Source: a virus (lineage: Duplodnaviria; Caudoviricetes). From it: 59,882 nt of DNA. Below are positions 36,735 through 46,799 of the stretch, one piece after another (the stretch's first letter is position 1; every line of letters starts with the position of its first letter). The notes beneath the pieces were generated by a model. The model worked only from the letters and a program-made list of their open reading frames with translations, was not told where the DNA came from and ran no database searches. Made by a program: the position numbers and the translations under genes. Location of the stretch: the IMG/VR virus record IMGVR_UViG_3300020008_000002, positions 1-59,882 of that record; one strand, 5' to 3'.

Positions 36735-39293
36735 ATGAATACGATTTCTTCACTTATCGATGCCGATGGGGTTGGGCGCTCCATCTCTGCATTAATCACG
36801 CCAGGATCCGTTTTTGAGATACGGATCCTCAACGGATATACCGATACGCCTAAGTACACTTCTACCTATGCTGGATACTTCAAGAATGACCAGCAAGGAA
36901 TTGCAAAGGCGATCGCGCAATTGAAATCATTCGGAGGCTTTGAATCGGCCTACGTTACGGCGCAGACGGTCGATGCGCGTCTCCTCAGTAGAGCCAACCA
37001 TAAGATCAAGAAGGTCGGAGCTGGGGCCACCACGTCGGATCGCGACATCTTATCCTATTCTAATCTTCTCATCGATTTTGATCCGGTGCGCCCTGCCAAG
37101 ACCTCATCGGATGATGAATCACATTCGCTAGCTATTGATCGTGCTTACGCCACTAAGAAGTTCCTGGCGAGTAATCATTTCCCTGATCCGATTGTAGCTG
37201 ATAGCGGAAACGGCGCTCACTTAATATATCGGGTCAGCCTCCCAAATGATGAAGAGGTATCCAAAGCGGATACCGGTCTGGTCTATAGATTCCTGCAATC
37301 TATCCACGAGCGATTCAACGGGAACGGCATTGATATCGATCTTAAAGTATTCAATCCGTCTCGCATCTGGAAGCTCTACGGGACACGCGCATGCAAAGGC
37401 GACCATTGCCCAGAGCTTGGCTGTCCCTGGCGGATGTCGTCAATCCTAGAGCTCCCAGAGGCCATTGTGGAGTTGGACCGTTCTCTGATAGAGGAGATCG
37501 CGAAGCCGATCCCTAAAGAGATCGCCAAGGCATCTGGCAGAGTCCCTGCATTCTCCAATGGCCATATGCCTGTCATGAAGGAAAAGATTGCTTTCCTTGA
37601 GGCTTTTGTTGCAAAGCACGGGATTAAGGTTCGATCGTCTGGCACATACAAGGACGGAGTCAGATATGTTCTGGAAGAATGCGCTTGGGATTCTAGTCAT
37701 AAGGCTCCCGACGCCTGCATTTATGCATATCAAAATGGATATGCAGCAACATGCTCTCATAACAGCTGCGCTGGTAAAGGCTGGAAAGACTTTAGAGCAG
37801 TCTTTGAGCCAGGTGTTAATGGGCAGGCTTCGCAACCGAAGCCTAATCAGACTAAGGAAAAGAAGGAGAAAGTCTCGCTTGATATGATAGCAGTGGACTT
37901 TGTGATGATGTACGGGAACGATTGGGGTTTTGAGCCGATATCAGGCACATGGTATCAATGGACCGGGAAGTTCTGGCAAGACATGCATGAGTCAGAAGGC
38001 CAGCGCAAATCTTGCGTTTCGCTTGACGGTATCGTGCGTGATTTAATGCTCAGTAGAGACATGCCGGTAAATAAGTCGGCAGACTTGGATTGTGTTGTAA
38101 GACTCGCGGCCATCGACTGCAAGCGCGTCTTCGCACAAAAGCCTGGCCTAGTTAATTTCTCCAATGGGACACTTGATACCAATTCAGATGAGCTTCGTGC
38201 CCATTCCAAGGCCGATGAAATAATCTATTGCTTGCCATATGATTATGACGAGCACGGTGAGTGGTACGAGATCATGCTGTTTCTGCAACAGATGTTTCCT
38301 GACAAGTATGCAAGCGTCGCCTTTATGTGCCATGTGGGGCTGGCTCTAATGCGAGACAACCGAGTCCATCAGGCAGGAGCTATAATCGGCGATCCGCGCA
38401 CCGGCAAGTCCACAGCGCTCGACCTGGCGCTCATGACATGCGGTCAAAAACCGCGATCCTATGCAGACAAATTCATCTTGGACCCCGACCTTGAAGGCAA
38501 GAGATGTAGATTTATCCATAATAAGAATCTCATCTGTTGCGCTGACGAGTTGCCATCAGCGGCTCTTCGCAACGAAGAGATCTTTAAGACAATGACAGCG
38601 CACGGTGGCGTTGGCATGCGAGGCATGTGCCGCGATGATGAGAAGGACAACGGTTGGAAGCCGAAGTTCCTGATGGCCATGAATGACCGTCCTGAATACA
38701 AGGACAATTCAGGGGCACTTAGAGAGCGTTTGGTGCCATTAATGGTTTCTTCTACAAGAGCACGAGATGCTCGCAACGTTAACATCATCGATGATTTCGC
38801 TCCTGAGCTTGGGGGATTTGCTGCTTCTTGTATCCGGATGGGGAAAGAAGCACTGAAGAGAGGATACTATCCTCTGTCTTGTAAAATGAAGCTTATCATC
38901 GGAGAGTTGGCCATCGCCAATAATACCTTGAAAGCATTTATTGAGGAGGAGTGCTTTTTAGGGGCCGATGAGGAGATCTTCTCTCAGGACCTTTACCAGG
39001 CCTATGAGGAGTTTTGCAGAATGACTGGCCATGAGAAGCTCGCATCCAATAAGATGACCAATCTCCTGTGCCAAATGAAGTACGGTATTGAAGCTCACGC
39101 TTCCAAGATGAACTCCTATACAGGCAAGAAGGGTCGGTACCTCACTGGCATCCGCAAGAGAAGCGCTCAAGATGTGCAGATAGCGCCGATCTCGCCCGAT
39201 GACAATAGCGACTTGCCTCTGGCTAGCATCCAGATTGACCCGATGTGCCAAGCTCTTTGGGTCGATGAGAGTAATGACAACGGCAGTTTCTGA
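36735..39293 (+). CDS. Primase-helicase (prim-pol domain + D5_N + SF3 helicase + C-terminal winged helix)
   Basis: IDFD and DSGNGAH primase motifs; VNFSNGTLD; GDPRTGKST Walker A; ADE; MAMND. Confidence 0.88.
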   Translation: MNTISSLIDADGVGRSISALITPGSVFEIRILNGYTDTPKYTSTYAGYFKNDQQGIAKAIAQLKSFGGFESAYVTAQTVDARLLSRANHKIKKVGAGATTSDRDILSYSNLLIDFDPVRPAKTSSDDESHSLAIDRAYATKKFLASNHFPDPIVADSGNGAHLIYRVSLPNDEEVSKADTGLVYRFLQSIHERFNGNGIDIDLKVFNPSRIWKLYGTRACKGDHCPELGCPWRMSSILELPEAIVELDRSLIEEIAKPIPKEIAKASGRVPAFSNGHMPVMKEKIAFLEAFVAKHGIKVRSSGTYKDGVRYVLEECAWDSSHKAPDACIYAYQNGYAATCSHNSCAGKGWKDFRAVFEPGVNGQASQPKPNQTKEKKEKVSLDMIAVDFVMMYGNDWGFEPISGTWYQWTGKFWQDMHESEGQRKSCVSLDGIVRDLMLSRDMPVNKSADLDCVVRLAAIDCKRVFAQKPGLVNFSNGTLDTNSDELRAHSKADEIIYCLPYDYDEHGEWYEIMLFLQQMFPDKYASVAFMCHVGLALMRDNRVHQAGAIIGDPRTGKSTALDLALMTCGQKPRSYADKFILDPDLEGKRCRFIHNKNLICCADELPSAALRNEEIFKTMTAHGGVGMRGMCRDDEKDNGWKPKFLMAMNDRPEYKDNSGALRERLVPLMVSSTRARDARNVNIIDDFAPELGGFAASCIRMGKEALKRGYYPLSCKMKLIIGELAIANNTLKAFIEEECFLGADEEIFSQDLYQAYEEFCRMTGHEKLASNKMTNLLCQMKYGIEAHASKMNSYTGKKGRYLTGIRKRSAQDVQIAPISPDDNSDLPLASIQIDPMCQALWVDESNDNGSF

Positions 39294-39310
39294 TCTCTAC
39301 ATGGCGATTC

Positions 39311-39343
39311 AAAGGTCCTGGTAGCGCTACCAGGACCTTTTTT
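39311..39343. terminator. Bidirectional terminator
   Basis: aaaggtcctggtag / ctaccaggaccttttt. Confidence 0.75.
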
Positions 39344-39515
39344 AAGAAGCAACAAGCATAAACCAAGAAACGATTGCTAAAATGCCAAGGGCGAGCCAAA
39401 GAAACCAGAATAGGTCCAAAGAGCGATATCCAGTATAACAAGCGCTGAAGCAAGTAATCGCGACAAAAAGGACCATTATGGCACTAGGATTAAGGCAACG
39501 TAGTAGAAAAGGCAT
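39342..39515 (-). CDS. 57-aa two-TM hydrophobic protein (not in ORF track)
   Basis: GAGGAG RBS; MPFLLRCLNPSAIMVLFVAITCFSACYTGYRSLDLFWFLWLALGILAIVSWFMLVAS. Confidence 0.55.
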   Translation of the reverse strand: MPFLLRCLNPSAIMVLFVAITCFSACYTGYRSLDLFWFLWLALGILAIVSWFMLVAS

Positions 39516-39548
39516 TTGTCGCTCCTCTATAACTAGTGAATCACGGCG

Positions 39549-39692
39549 CTAATCGGGCCACACATACGCGCAGATGAATGACGTGGCAGTTGTTGCCCAG
39601 GGCAAGGTAAGTGCGGTAGATGAATTCCTGCAAGAAGAACATATGGCCATAGTAGCTAGTGTAATAAATACTATAAAGAGGAACTGCTTCAT
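39549..39692 (-). CDS. 47-aa hydrophobic protein (not in ORF track)
   Basis: AAGGAG RBS; MKQFLFIVFITLATMAICSSCRNSSTALTLPWATTATSFICAYVWPD. Confidence 0.55.
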   Translation of the reverse strand: MKQFLFIVFITLATMAICSSCRNSSTALTLPWATTATSFICAYVWPD

Positions 39693-39907
39693 GTACCACT
39701 CCTTAAATCTACAGAGTCAGCGAGGACTTTGACTCGTTGACTCACCATAGCATTTTTAAAAGTCCCGTGTATTTGACCGTGACTTGTGGGCCTCTGACAT
39801 GGGAGTCCACGATGTAGCCCTCCCTGTCAGAGGCCCTAACCAATATTTTTTAAATAAATTGCGCATGATTTCTCATGCGCAATTCGTTGGCCTAAAGTCC
39901 TCGCGCT

Positions 39908-39936
39908 TGACAACTTCCTACGGATGAGCTATAATG
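39908..39936 (+). promoter_or_regulatory. Consensus sigma70 promoter of the Bro gene
   Basis: TTGACA-17-TATAAT. Confidence 0.75.
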
Positions 39937-40029
39937 AGAGAAGAAATGAAAAAGACTTCGTTGCGAGCGAAGTCTTGGACAACAAATAGGATGTACCAAC
40001 ATCCCAAGTATACTACAAGGAGACTAACC

Positions 40030-40611
40030 ATGTCAAACTCAGTCCCACAAATCTTTAGCTTCAACAATAACGACATCCGCACCGTTCTCATCAGTAACGA
40101 ACCTTGGTGGGTTGCCGCTGATGTCTGCTCCGCTCTTGATATAGTCGATGTTTCAAAATCAGTAACACGGCTGAACCCAAAGGGGGTGCTCGAAACTCGC
40201 ACCCTTACGAAGGGTGGTAGCCAAGTAATGACTATCATCAACGAACCTAATCTTTATCGGCTTGTACTTAGAAGCAACAAACCTATGGCCGAAGCATTTC
40301 AGGATTGGATAGTCGAAGAGGTGATCCCTTCAATTTACAAGACAGGGGTTTATCAAGTAAATAGCACTGCCAGTATCGATTTCCGCTCTATCGTTAGCGA
40401 CCCTGAGCTTCTCTCTACAACAATAGCTTCCTTAGAGGCCGATCAGGTATCCATCGGTGAAGATCTTGCATTGCTTAAGAGTTTAGAAGCCAGAATGTAC
40501 TCCGGTCACACAGCCCGTAGATCACCTAAATTAGATGTCACTGTCCCATCAATTGAATGTCACTTGAAGGACTTCATCGCCGAGAAATGCACAATTGATC
40601 CTTGTGCATAG
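40030..40611 (+). CDS. Bro-N (antirepressor-like) protein; the frame continues past the TAG to 40803
   Basis: IRTVLISNEPWWVAADVCSAL...INEPNLYRLVLRSNKPMAEAFQDWIVEEVIPSI; AAGGAG RBS before ATG 40030. Confidence 0.85.
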   Translation: MSNSVPQIFSFNNNDIRTVLISNEPWWVAADVCSALDIVDVSKSVTRLNPKGVLETRTLTKGGSQVMTIINEPNLYRLVLRSNKPMAEAFQDWIVEEVIPSIYKTGVYQVNSTASIDFRSIVSDPELLSTTIASLEADQVSIGEDLALLKSLEARMYSGHTARRSPKLDVTVPSIECHLKDFIAEKCTIDPCA

Positions 40612-40873
40612 GTCTTCTCGAAGGACTTCTACGACGCATATGCGGCATATTGTGTGACTGCGGGGATAGTTTGTGCAAAAACGAATAAAGTCATTGTGCT
40701 GTTGCGCAAAGCTCAACCTGGAATTGCGGCTCATAATGGCAAGATTAATCACCGAACAGGAAAGAAAGGTCGCTATCTCATAGGAATCAAAGTCCTTGAT
40801 TGATATAGCTAAATAGCCTTCTTTCCCCTCAAGAGCCATCGTTAATGTACGATGGCTCTTCTTTTTGGCCGAT

Positions 40874-41215
40874 GGCGACGGTACCTCAAAAAGTACCGTC
40901 GCCGGTCTAAAGCCAGGCCCCATGTGCCTTTACAGATTTGCCCGTAAAGTACCGTCGCCAGTACCGTCGCCGGTCTAAAGCCAGGTGTAGAGCCTCTTCC
41001 CGGCTTATGGCGACGGTGGCGACGGTTGATTTGCCTATATAAACATAAGGAGAAATCTCCAGTAATATTCCAGTAATATTGGCTATATATTTTTACTATA
41101 GAGCATATAGGTCGATTCAACCGTTGCCACCGTTGCCATGGCTGTCTCAAGCCAGGCCACATCTAGGTTTGTCGGTGGCGACGGTACCGGCGACGGTAGA
41201 AAAGGTACCGTCGCC
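40874..41215. repeat. Iteron-like ACCGTCGCC/GGCGACGGT array flanking an AT-rich core (candidate replication origin)
   Basis: About 11 direct and inverted copies; AT-rich 41030-41110; downstream of the primase-helicase. Confidence 0.7.
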
Positions 41216-41449
41216 AAGAGCCTAGTTTCCTTTGGTAGTTCCCGATTTTGGCCGGTTAAGCGCATGTACTGCCACGTGAATCAGACAAAGCGCTACCAGG
41301 CCCGCTTTTTTTGGCTACAGTAACCAGTTTAATGGATACTTTTCTCAGTGATTATCCAAAGTCTTGGCAAATAGGTAGCCCAATGGTATTGACGGCGAGG
41401 CTCAGATGTGTTACAATGTGATCAGTTGCACATCTGAAAGGAGAAAGAC

Positions 41450-41953
41450 ATGACATATCCGAATAAATCCGTCCATCACAAACCTGCGCATGTACATTGG
41501 AGGTGCTGCATGTGCGGGAAAGTATGGTTCGGGGCATGTTCTAAATCTAGATTCCTGCCTGCCAATGTCATTGTTTGTTCACGGTGTAATAGCAAGCTTT
41601 ATTCGCTTGTGTACGACGGAAGAGAAGATGTCAGTATTCCCGAGGCAAATCAGAAGGCATTGGAGAAAGCCATGGAGGCTAACTATGGAGCATTTTTAGA
41701 TCGTATTGCCCATGCTTTAGTGGAAGTCCATTCCTGGTTGAAGGAATGGTTGAAGGAATGGCAGAGGTGCCTAGAGGAACGCGAGAGCGCACTCCTTGAA
41801 GGGGAGAAAGAGCAGCGAGCCAAAGACCAAGACTCCGCCTTCCAGTTCCATCCAGACCATATCAAGATGCGAGGTCGAAGCCTCGAAGCATCCTATGCCG
41901 AAAAATTTGAATTGAAGGCAGGAGAAGACGAGTACAGCATGCCAGGCGATTGA
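41450..41953 (+). CDS. Zinc-ribbon protein
   Basis: CCMCG...CSRC; AAGGAG RBS; promoter TTGACG..TACAAT upstream. Confidence 0.6.
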   Translation: MTYPNKSVHHKPAHVHWRCCMCGKVWFGACSKSRFLPANVIVCSRCNSKLYSLVYDGREDVSIPEANQKALEKAMEANYGAFLDRIAHALVEVHSWLKEWLKEWQRCLEERESALLEGEKEQRAKDQDSAFQFHPDHIKMRGRSLEASYAEKFELKAGEDEYSMPGD

Positions 41954-41962
41954 GGTATTGAT

Positions 41963-42172
41963 ATGACACAGATACACAAATCCATTAGAATGGAGCCAGA
42001 ACTAGTATCTGAGATTAACGACATAGCAAAGAGTATTAAGAGATCTTTTAGCTACGTTGTTAACAGGATGCTAGAAGAGCAAATAAAATTCATTGTTCCT
42101 GTAGTAGAATATCGCGACATTATAAGTGTCGCACCGGAATGTGACGCGATATTGCGTCACAAGGAGAGATAA
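41963..42172 (+). CDS. Ribbon-helix-helix protein
   Basis: KSIRMEPELVSEINDIAKSIKRSFSYVVNRML. Confidence 0.7.
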   Translation: MTQIHKSIRMEPELVSEINDIAKSIKRSFSYVVNRMLEEQIKFIVPVVEYRDIISVAPECDAILRHKER

Positions 42173-42532
42173 ATGGAACATAAATCAAATTCAAATGTAG
42201 TCAGATATGTGTCCGAATGCACTGAGCTTTGGATGTGTGAGTGCGGTAGTTGGTTGCTCTCCATTGGGCATGAGGAATGTCTTGCTTGCCAGGAATGTAG
42301 AGCTCCTATGATAATGAAACGTAGGAAAGATTACAAGTCATCTGAGGATACTCTTATATATTCAGATGAGATGGGCGGATTGCTGGCGAGATTGGCCGGT
42401 CAAATGCGAGAGACATTGCCAGCGTACTTGCCTGACGATCTTCCCCCGCTTTGGGAGTTGTACGAGAAACTAATGTATGTATTCTACACATCGCGGCATG
42501 CAGATTGCTCATTTAGGATAAAGGAGAGATAG
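42173..42532 (+). CDS. Cys-rich hypothetical protein
   Basis: CECG...CQEC. Confidence 0.55.
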   Translation: MEHKSNSNVVRYVSECTELWMCECGSWLLSIGHEECLACQECRAPMIMKRRKDYKSSEDTLIYSDEMGGLLARLAGQMRETLPAYLPDDLPPLWELYEKLMYVFYTSRHADCSFRIKER

Positions 42533-43006
42533 ATGGACCAACATTCACCAATAGACCCATTCGTCAGTGACCTACAAGAGCATAAGATGCTAGTAACAAA
42601 TTATCTACAAAAGGTAATATCAGATCTTGTAGATCGCGCTATTCATCACGATGACTCAAAGCTTAGTGATGAGGAGTATCCAGAGTATTCAAGTGCATTC
42701 GGGGAATTCAAGCGTAACTCATTTGGATCTCCTGGCTACAAGAATGCATTCGCAAGCATCAGCAACGCATGGGAGCATCATTCGCAGTCTAATCGACACC
42801 ATCCTGAGTACTACCAGAACGGTATATGCGGAATGACGCTGACAGATATCATCGAGATGATATGCGATTGGAAAGGATCGTCTGAGAGAGAAGGGTCAAC
42901 GACATCTTTCGATGATGGGCTGGCTATACAAGTATTAAAGCTCGGGATTGACTCTCAGCTCCTACAGATTATTAAAAACTCTATTGCAGAGTTAGAGGAG
43001 AAATAG
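42533..43006 (+). CDS. HD-like (DUF5662-type) protein
   Basis: HDDSKLS.EE...HH..NRHHPE...EMICDW. Confidence 0.75.
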   Translation: MDQHSPIDPFVSDLQEHKMLVTNYLQKVISDLVDRAIHHDDSKLSDEEYPEYSSAFGEFKRNSFGSPGYKNAFASISNAWEHHSQSNRHHPEYYQNGICGMTLTDIIEMICDWKGSSEREGSTTSFDDGLAIQVLKLGIDSQLLQIIKNSIAELEEK

Positions 43007-43705
43007 ATGCCTAACGATTTAACGCTTTCTCAGTTCGCGAAGATCGCAGCTGACGAGTCATTGCTAGAAGAGGAATATTTCTTCATAGCAAGCGGCGTCA
43101 CTTATACCGATTGCTTGCGGCAGGCTGGCTATGAGCCAAAGCTGGAACTCCCTCGGATAGGGAAGGACGGGGACAATATAGAGCCTTATGTGATCAATGC
43201 TGACAAGATCTATGAGGTTGGCAATTTTACGAAGTTCTTGTCATGGGCCGGAGAGGAATCCCCCACGATGTTCCATGACACGTCTGGCAGACTGTTAGAC
43301 AAGCTCATAGATTGGGAAACGAACCATAGAAGTAAAGAGGTATGCCGCAAGGTGCAGGCTATCAAGTATCAAGGCGACATGGATGTGTTCATACACTATT
43401 GCCTGACCGCCATTGCTAGACGTACATTCGAGAGAAAGGTCGAGCTAGGCGTTAATGGTGCCGGGTTCCAGAATAAGGAAGTCGGCGTAATAATGCGCCC
43501 ATTAATTCTTATCGACAAACAAATCATGCCTAAGATCTATGAAGGTATTAATAAGGTCATCCGTGACAGCAAGGAGCTAGAACTAGATATTGCAGGGAGA
43601 GCTGAACTCTCATCGCTCATTGTTAGTGAGATAGCTCCCGTAATTCGTAAGGCATTTATGGAAAGCAAAAGACCCGACTTACTGGAAGGATTGCACAATG
43701 ATTAG
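43007..43705 (+). CDS. Hypothetical protein
   Basis: GAGGAG RBS; coupled ORF. Confidence 0.6.
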   Translation: MPNDLTLSQFAKIAADESLLEEEYFFIASGVTYTDCLRQAGYEPKLELPRIGKDGDNIEPYVINADKIYEVGNFTKFLSWAGEESPTMFHDTSGRLLDKLIDWETNHRSKEVCRKVQAIKYQGDMDVFIHYCLTAIARRTFERKVELGVNGAGFQNKEVGVIMRPLILIDKQIMPKIYEGINKVIRDSKELELDIAGRAELSSLIVSEIAPVIRKAFMESKRPDLLEGLHND

Positions 43706-44780
43706 CCAACCAACACAACTTAGCCTTTTTACTGAGATAACCGAAGTTACAGAGATACCAGAGGACTGTGAGGTTGTTCTGTCAGATACACTGGCGAATA
43801 TGTCTCTAGGTGATTTTGAGGATTATGCGACGAATCTTCATAGCGAGCTTGAAAAGACAGAGGCATTCGCGGATAGATTGAAGTCAGAGGCAATACGTCG
43901 AAGAGGGGAGCTTTACATGGCTTATAAAGCCAAGTGCGGACACGGCGAGTACATGAATTGGCTAGAGAAGATTGGGGTTTCTGCACGGAATGCACAGTAT
44001 TATGTTGATGTCATTGTCACTGTTCCTGAGTTACTCTCAAATGCGAACCGCGGTTCGCATTTGAGCTTCCGCACTTACCGCAAGATAGCAGGTTCGCCAG
44101 AACACAAGCAAATCTCCGCTAAAATAAGCTCCGGAGAACTGGCAGCAACCTCGAAGTCCATTGACGAGGAAATTAAGGCAGCCAAATCTCGCGAGGAATC
44201 CGCTCGCAAGAAGGCTCAGGAGGAAGGCATAGCCCGTGTCAAAGCAGAACAGCGTGCAAGCGATGCCACTGGCAAGTTTAACCAGCAACTTCTAGTCGAA
44301 CGCAAATTAGAAGCCGACATCGCCCAATTAAAGCTTAAACTTGAATCAACGCCGGCTCCAGTGATTATCGAAAAGATAGTTGAAGTCATTCCCGATGATG
44401 TCACCAAGAACCTAGCAGCTCTAAAGGATGAGTTGGCAAAGCGAGAGACGGATCTTGAGGCGCGGACTCGACAGCGAGATAATCTCAAAAGAGAGTTTAA
44501 CAAGCAAAAAGAGATCATAGACTCCAGGCGGCCTGAGCTGCCATCTCTGAGCAGAGACGGAGAAATTCGCGACAAATGGAGAATGGCCAGGGCGAGTCTT
44601 CTGGCGGGTCTCGCAAAGAGCCAAGAGTCATTCCCATCACCTGCAGAGGCTATCAAAGCATTCGACGACGTTGAGTGGTACTATGTGGAAGAAATGAAGC
44701 ACCGCTTAGGAAGATTCCTGTCAGACCTTCAAGTAATCGAGAATGCAAGAGGTAAAAAGGAGGATTGCGTAGATGAGTAA
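43698..44780 (+). CDS. Coiled-coil protein with DUF3102-like N-terminal motif
   Basis: KAKCGHGEYMNWLEKIGVSARNAQYY; long coiled coil. Confidence 0.6.
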   Translation: MISQPTQLSLFTEITEVTEIPEDCEVVLSDTLANMSLGDFEDYATNLHSELEKTEAFADRLKSEAIRRRGELYMAYKAKCGHGEYMNWLEKIGVSARNAQYYVDVIVTVPELLSNANRGSHLSFRTYRKIAGSPEHKQISAKISSGELAATSKSIDEEIKAAKSREESARKKAQEEGIARVKAEQRASDATGKFNQQLLVERKLEADIAQLKLKLESTPAPVIIEKIVEVIPDDVTKNLAALKDELAKRETDLEARTRQRDNLKREFNKQKEIIDSRRPELPSLSRDGEIRDKWRMARASLLAGLAKSQESFPSPAEAIKAFDDVEWYYVEEMKHRLGRFLSDLQVIENARGKKEDCVDE

Positions 44781-44887
44781 GAGTGAGCAGGGTTTCCCTG
44801 TTTTGTTATGGGTTCTTGTACTAGCGATCTTTGTATTTATAGCGGCTCTCGGTTTAATTACCGGGAAGCTATCGATAGGAGGATAAG

Positions 44888-45259
44888 ATGCGTAATCCTG
44901 ACGCATATCATGATAACTTCAAGCATCGTCGCAAAGAGTGCTTGAAACTAGCTAACTTCACATGCCAGCATTGCGGACTCAAGAGCGGTGACTCATATAT
45001 AAGCTACGGAGGCCAGCAACTGAAGGTCGTACTGCAAGCGGCCCATTTAAATCATGATCCTCTTAACGAGTACGCTGTTCTTATATGCTTGTGCAAGCAG
45101 TGCCACATGAGCTATGATATGCCTAAGCACCTAGAGAGCACTCGTAGTAGGATTCAGAAGAGGAAGAATAAGAAAGTCTTTGACCAGATACGGGCAGGAC
45201 AAATGGTTCTGCCCGGATTCCCAGAAATACCAGAGGAGATATCATGCGCAGTCTTATAA
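44888..45259 (+). CDS. HNH-type nuclease
   Basis: CQHCG...LQAAHLNHDP.N...LCKQCHMSYD. Confidence 0.75.
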   Translation: MRNPDAYHDNFKHRRKECLKLANFTCQHCGLKSGDSYISYGGQQLKVVLQAAHLNHDPLNEYAVLICLCKQCHMSYDMPKHLESTRSRIQKRKNKKVFDQIRAGQMVLPGFPEIPEEISCAVL

Positions 45260-45789
45260 TCTGCGTTTTGTTTATTGTAGCATTGTCAGGATGTGATATG
45301 CCGAAAACAACTGCTCCTAATAAATCCGTCACTAACGATATGCCTGCGGCACTACCAATCAAATACAACAATGTAGGCGATTCAGTAAAAGTGTACGACG
45401 CCGGTGATTCATGGCAGATAACACTTAATTCTGTTGCGATCGTTGATCCCGCCAAGATAAATGATCCCATCACTGACTATAGCGGCATGATAAGCAAGAA
45501 GCAGCATTATGCCTGCTTGACGATAACCGTAAAGAATCTAGGTACCGGTGCGCAGACTTTTAATGATTACGGGCTTCGGATACAAGATGAGACCGGAGAT
45601 CAAAATTTCCATTATGATCTCGGTGGCATTCCAGATTACGATAAGCAATTAAATGTCACACTCTCGCAGGGGCTTATAAATACCGGCAACCAGGATTGGG
45701 TAGTACCTGCGGATCTCAAGAAGATCATCCTGACCTACAAACCGGCTGATAAGAACAATCAGATTCTCTGGTCCATACCTCTACAGTAG
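45244..45789 (+). CDS. Lipoprotein, DUF4352-like
   Basis: LSGC lipobox; NVGD.V...ITLNSV...ITVKN.G pattern. Confidence 0.65.
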   Translation: MRSLIICVLFIVALSGCDMPKTTAPNKSVTNDMPAALPIKYNNVGDSVKVYDAGDSWQITLNSVAIVDPAKINDPITDYSGMISKKQHYACLTITVKNLGTGAQTFNDYGLRIQDETGDQNFHYDLGGIPDYDKQLNVTLSQGLINTGNQDWVVPADLKKIILTYKPADKNNQILWSIPLQ

Positions 45790-45794
45790 CAGTG

Positions 45795-46643
45795 CTAAGA
45801 CCAGGCCATGCGCGCGTCAGCCTGGTCATAGTTCATGATTAGGATCTCAGTTGACTTCTGACGAGTGCTACCGGGTTGCACCATCTCGGCATGCTTATAG
45901 GTATCCCACGTCACAATGCGCCACCGTGTCCCTGGATATAGTTCAGCTAATAGAGGGTGCGGATAGTAAGAAAGCGCAACCTTGGCTTTGGTGGCGTTTA
46001 GGAGTTCAGAGAGAACCTTGTGGTCATTTAGCCCAAAAATAGGTGCTCCTTTGTAATAACGTTCATGCCCGATATATGGAGGGTCACAGTAAAATACTAC
46101 ATTATCTCTCTGATAGCGGCAGATGATGTCGCTGAAGCTTTTGCACTCGATTTGCACACAGCGCATTCTCTCGGATGCCTCAGTAAACAGACCAGCTGCA
46201 TTATGCAATGATCGCGCATGATTCCTTCCTGCTTCTTTACTGTACCCCCAGTCGCCTTTAGTCTGCCCCAACTTTCCGCTTATACTGGACCTTAGCACAT
46301 AAAACCAGCGTGCTGCACGTTCTAGCGGGCAAAGTTCTTCGCCATTTCGGATACTCTCTACCCAATCTTCATATAATGAGCGCGAGTACGGCAATGAATC
46401 TATTAGGGATTGAAGCTCATTTGGGTGGTCGCGACATTGCATCCAGAAGTTAACCAAGTTGCCATCGTAGTCATTGTATGTTTCTAGGTGATTGTACTGC
46501 GGCTTTCTAAACAACACGTGCGCGCCGCCGCCAAAAACATCTACAAAGTGCTTATATGTTGGCGGAAGAGGTAAACAGTCCACTATCTTACTTGCACTAT
46601 GACATTTACCGCCAATCCAACAGACCGGTGATTTTGTGCTCAT
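45795..46643 (-). CDS. D12-class N6-adenine DNA methyltransferase (Dam-like)
   Basis: WIGGK; DVFGGG; YND; FYCDPPY. Confidence 0.9.
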   Translation of the reverse strand: MSTKSPVCWIGGKCHSASKIVDCLPLPPTYKHFVDVFGGGAHVLFRKPQYNHLETYNDYDGNLVNFWMQCRDHPNELQSLIDSLPYSRSLYEDWVESIRNGEELCPLERAARWFYVLRSSISGKLGQTKGDWGYSKEAGRNHARSLHNAAGLFTEASERMRCVQIECKSFSDIICRYQRDNVVFYCDPPYIGHERYYKGAPIFGLNDHKVLSELLNATKAKVALSYYPHPLLAELYPGTRWRIVTWDTYKHAEMVQPGSTRQKSTEILIMNYDQADARMAWS

Positions 46644-46799
46644 ATTTTGGATCCTTCTATAGAGGGAACAACACATATATGCAGTCTAGTGGATTGTACC
46701 CATCTGAGTCAAAGGGGGAAGGACTTTTGGATGTCAGCTTAGATGTGGTATAATAATAGAGGTACTCATTTTTGATATATCAGATCATCAGGAGGACAA

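Noticed and set aside
40609-40611. Genome-wide TAG recoding
   Set aside because: Many genes end cleanly in TAG (for example 6941, 36323, 42532), core genes are intact in the standard code, and no suppressor tRNA was seen.
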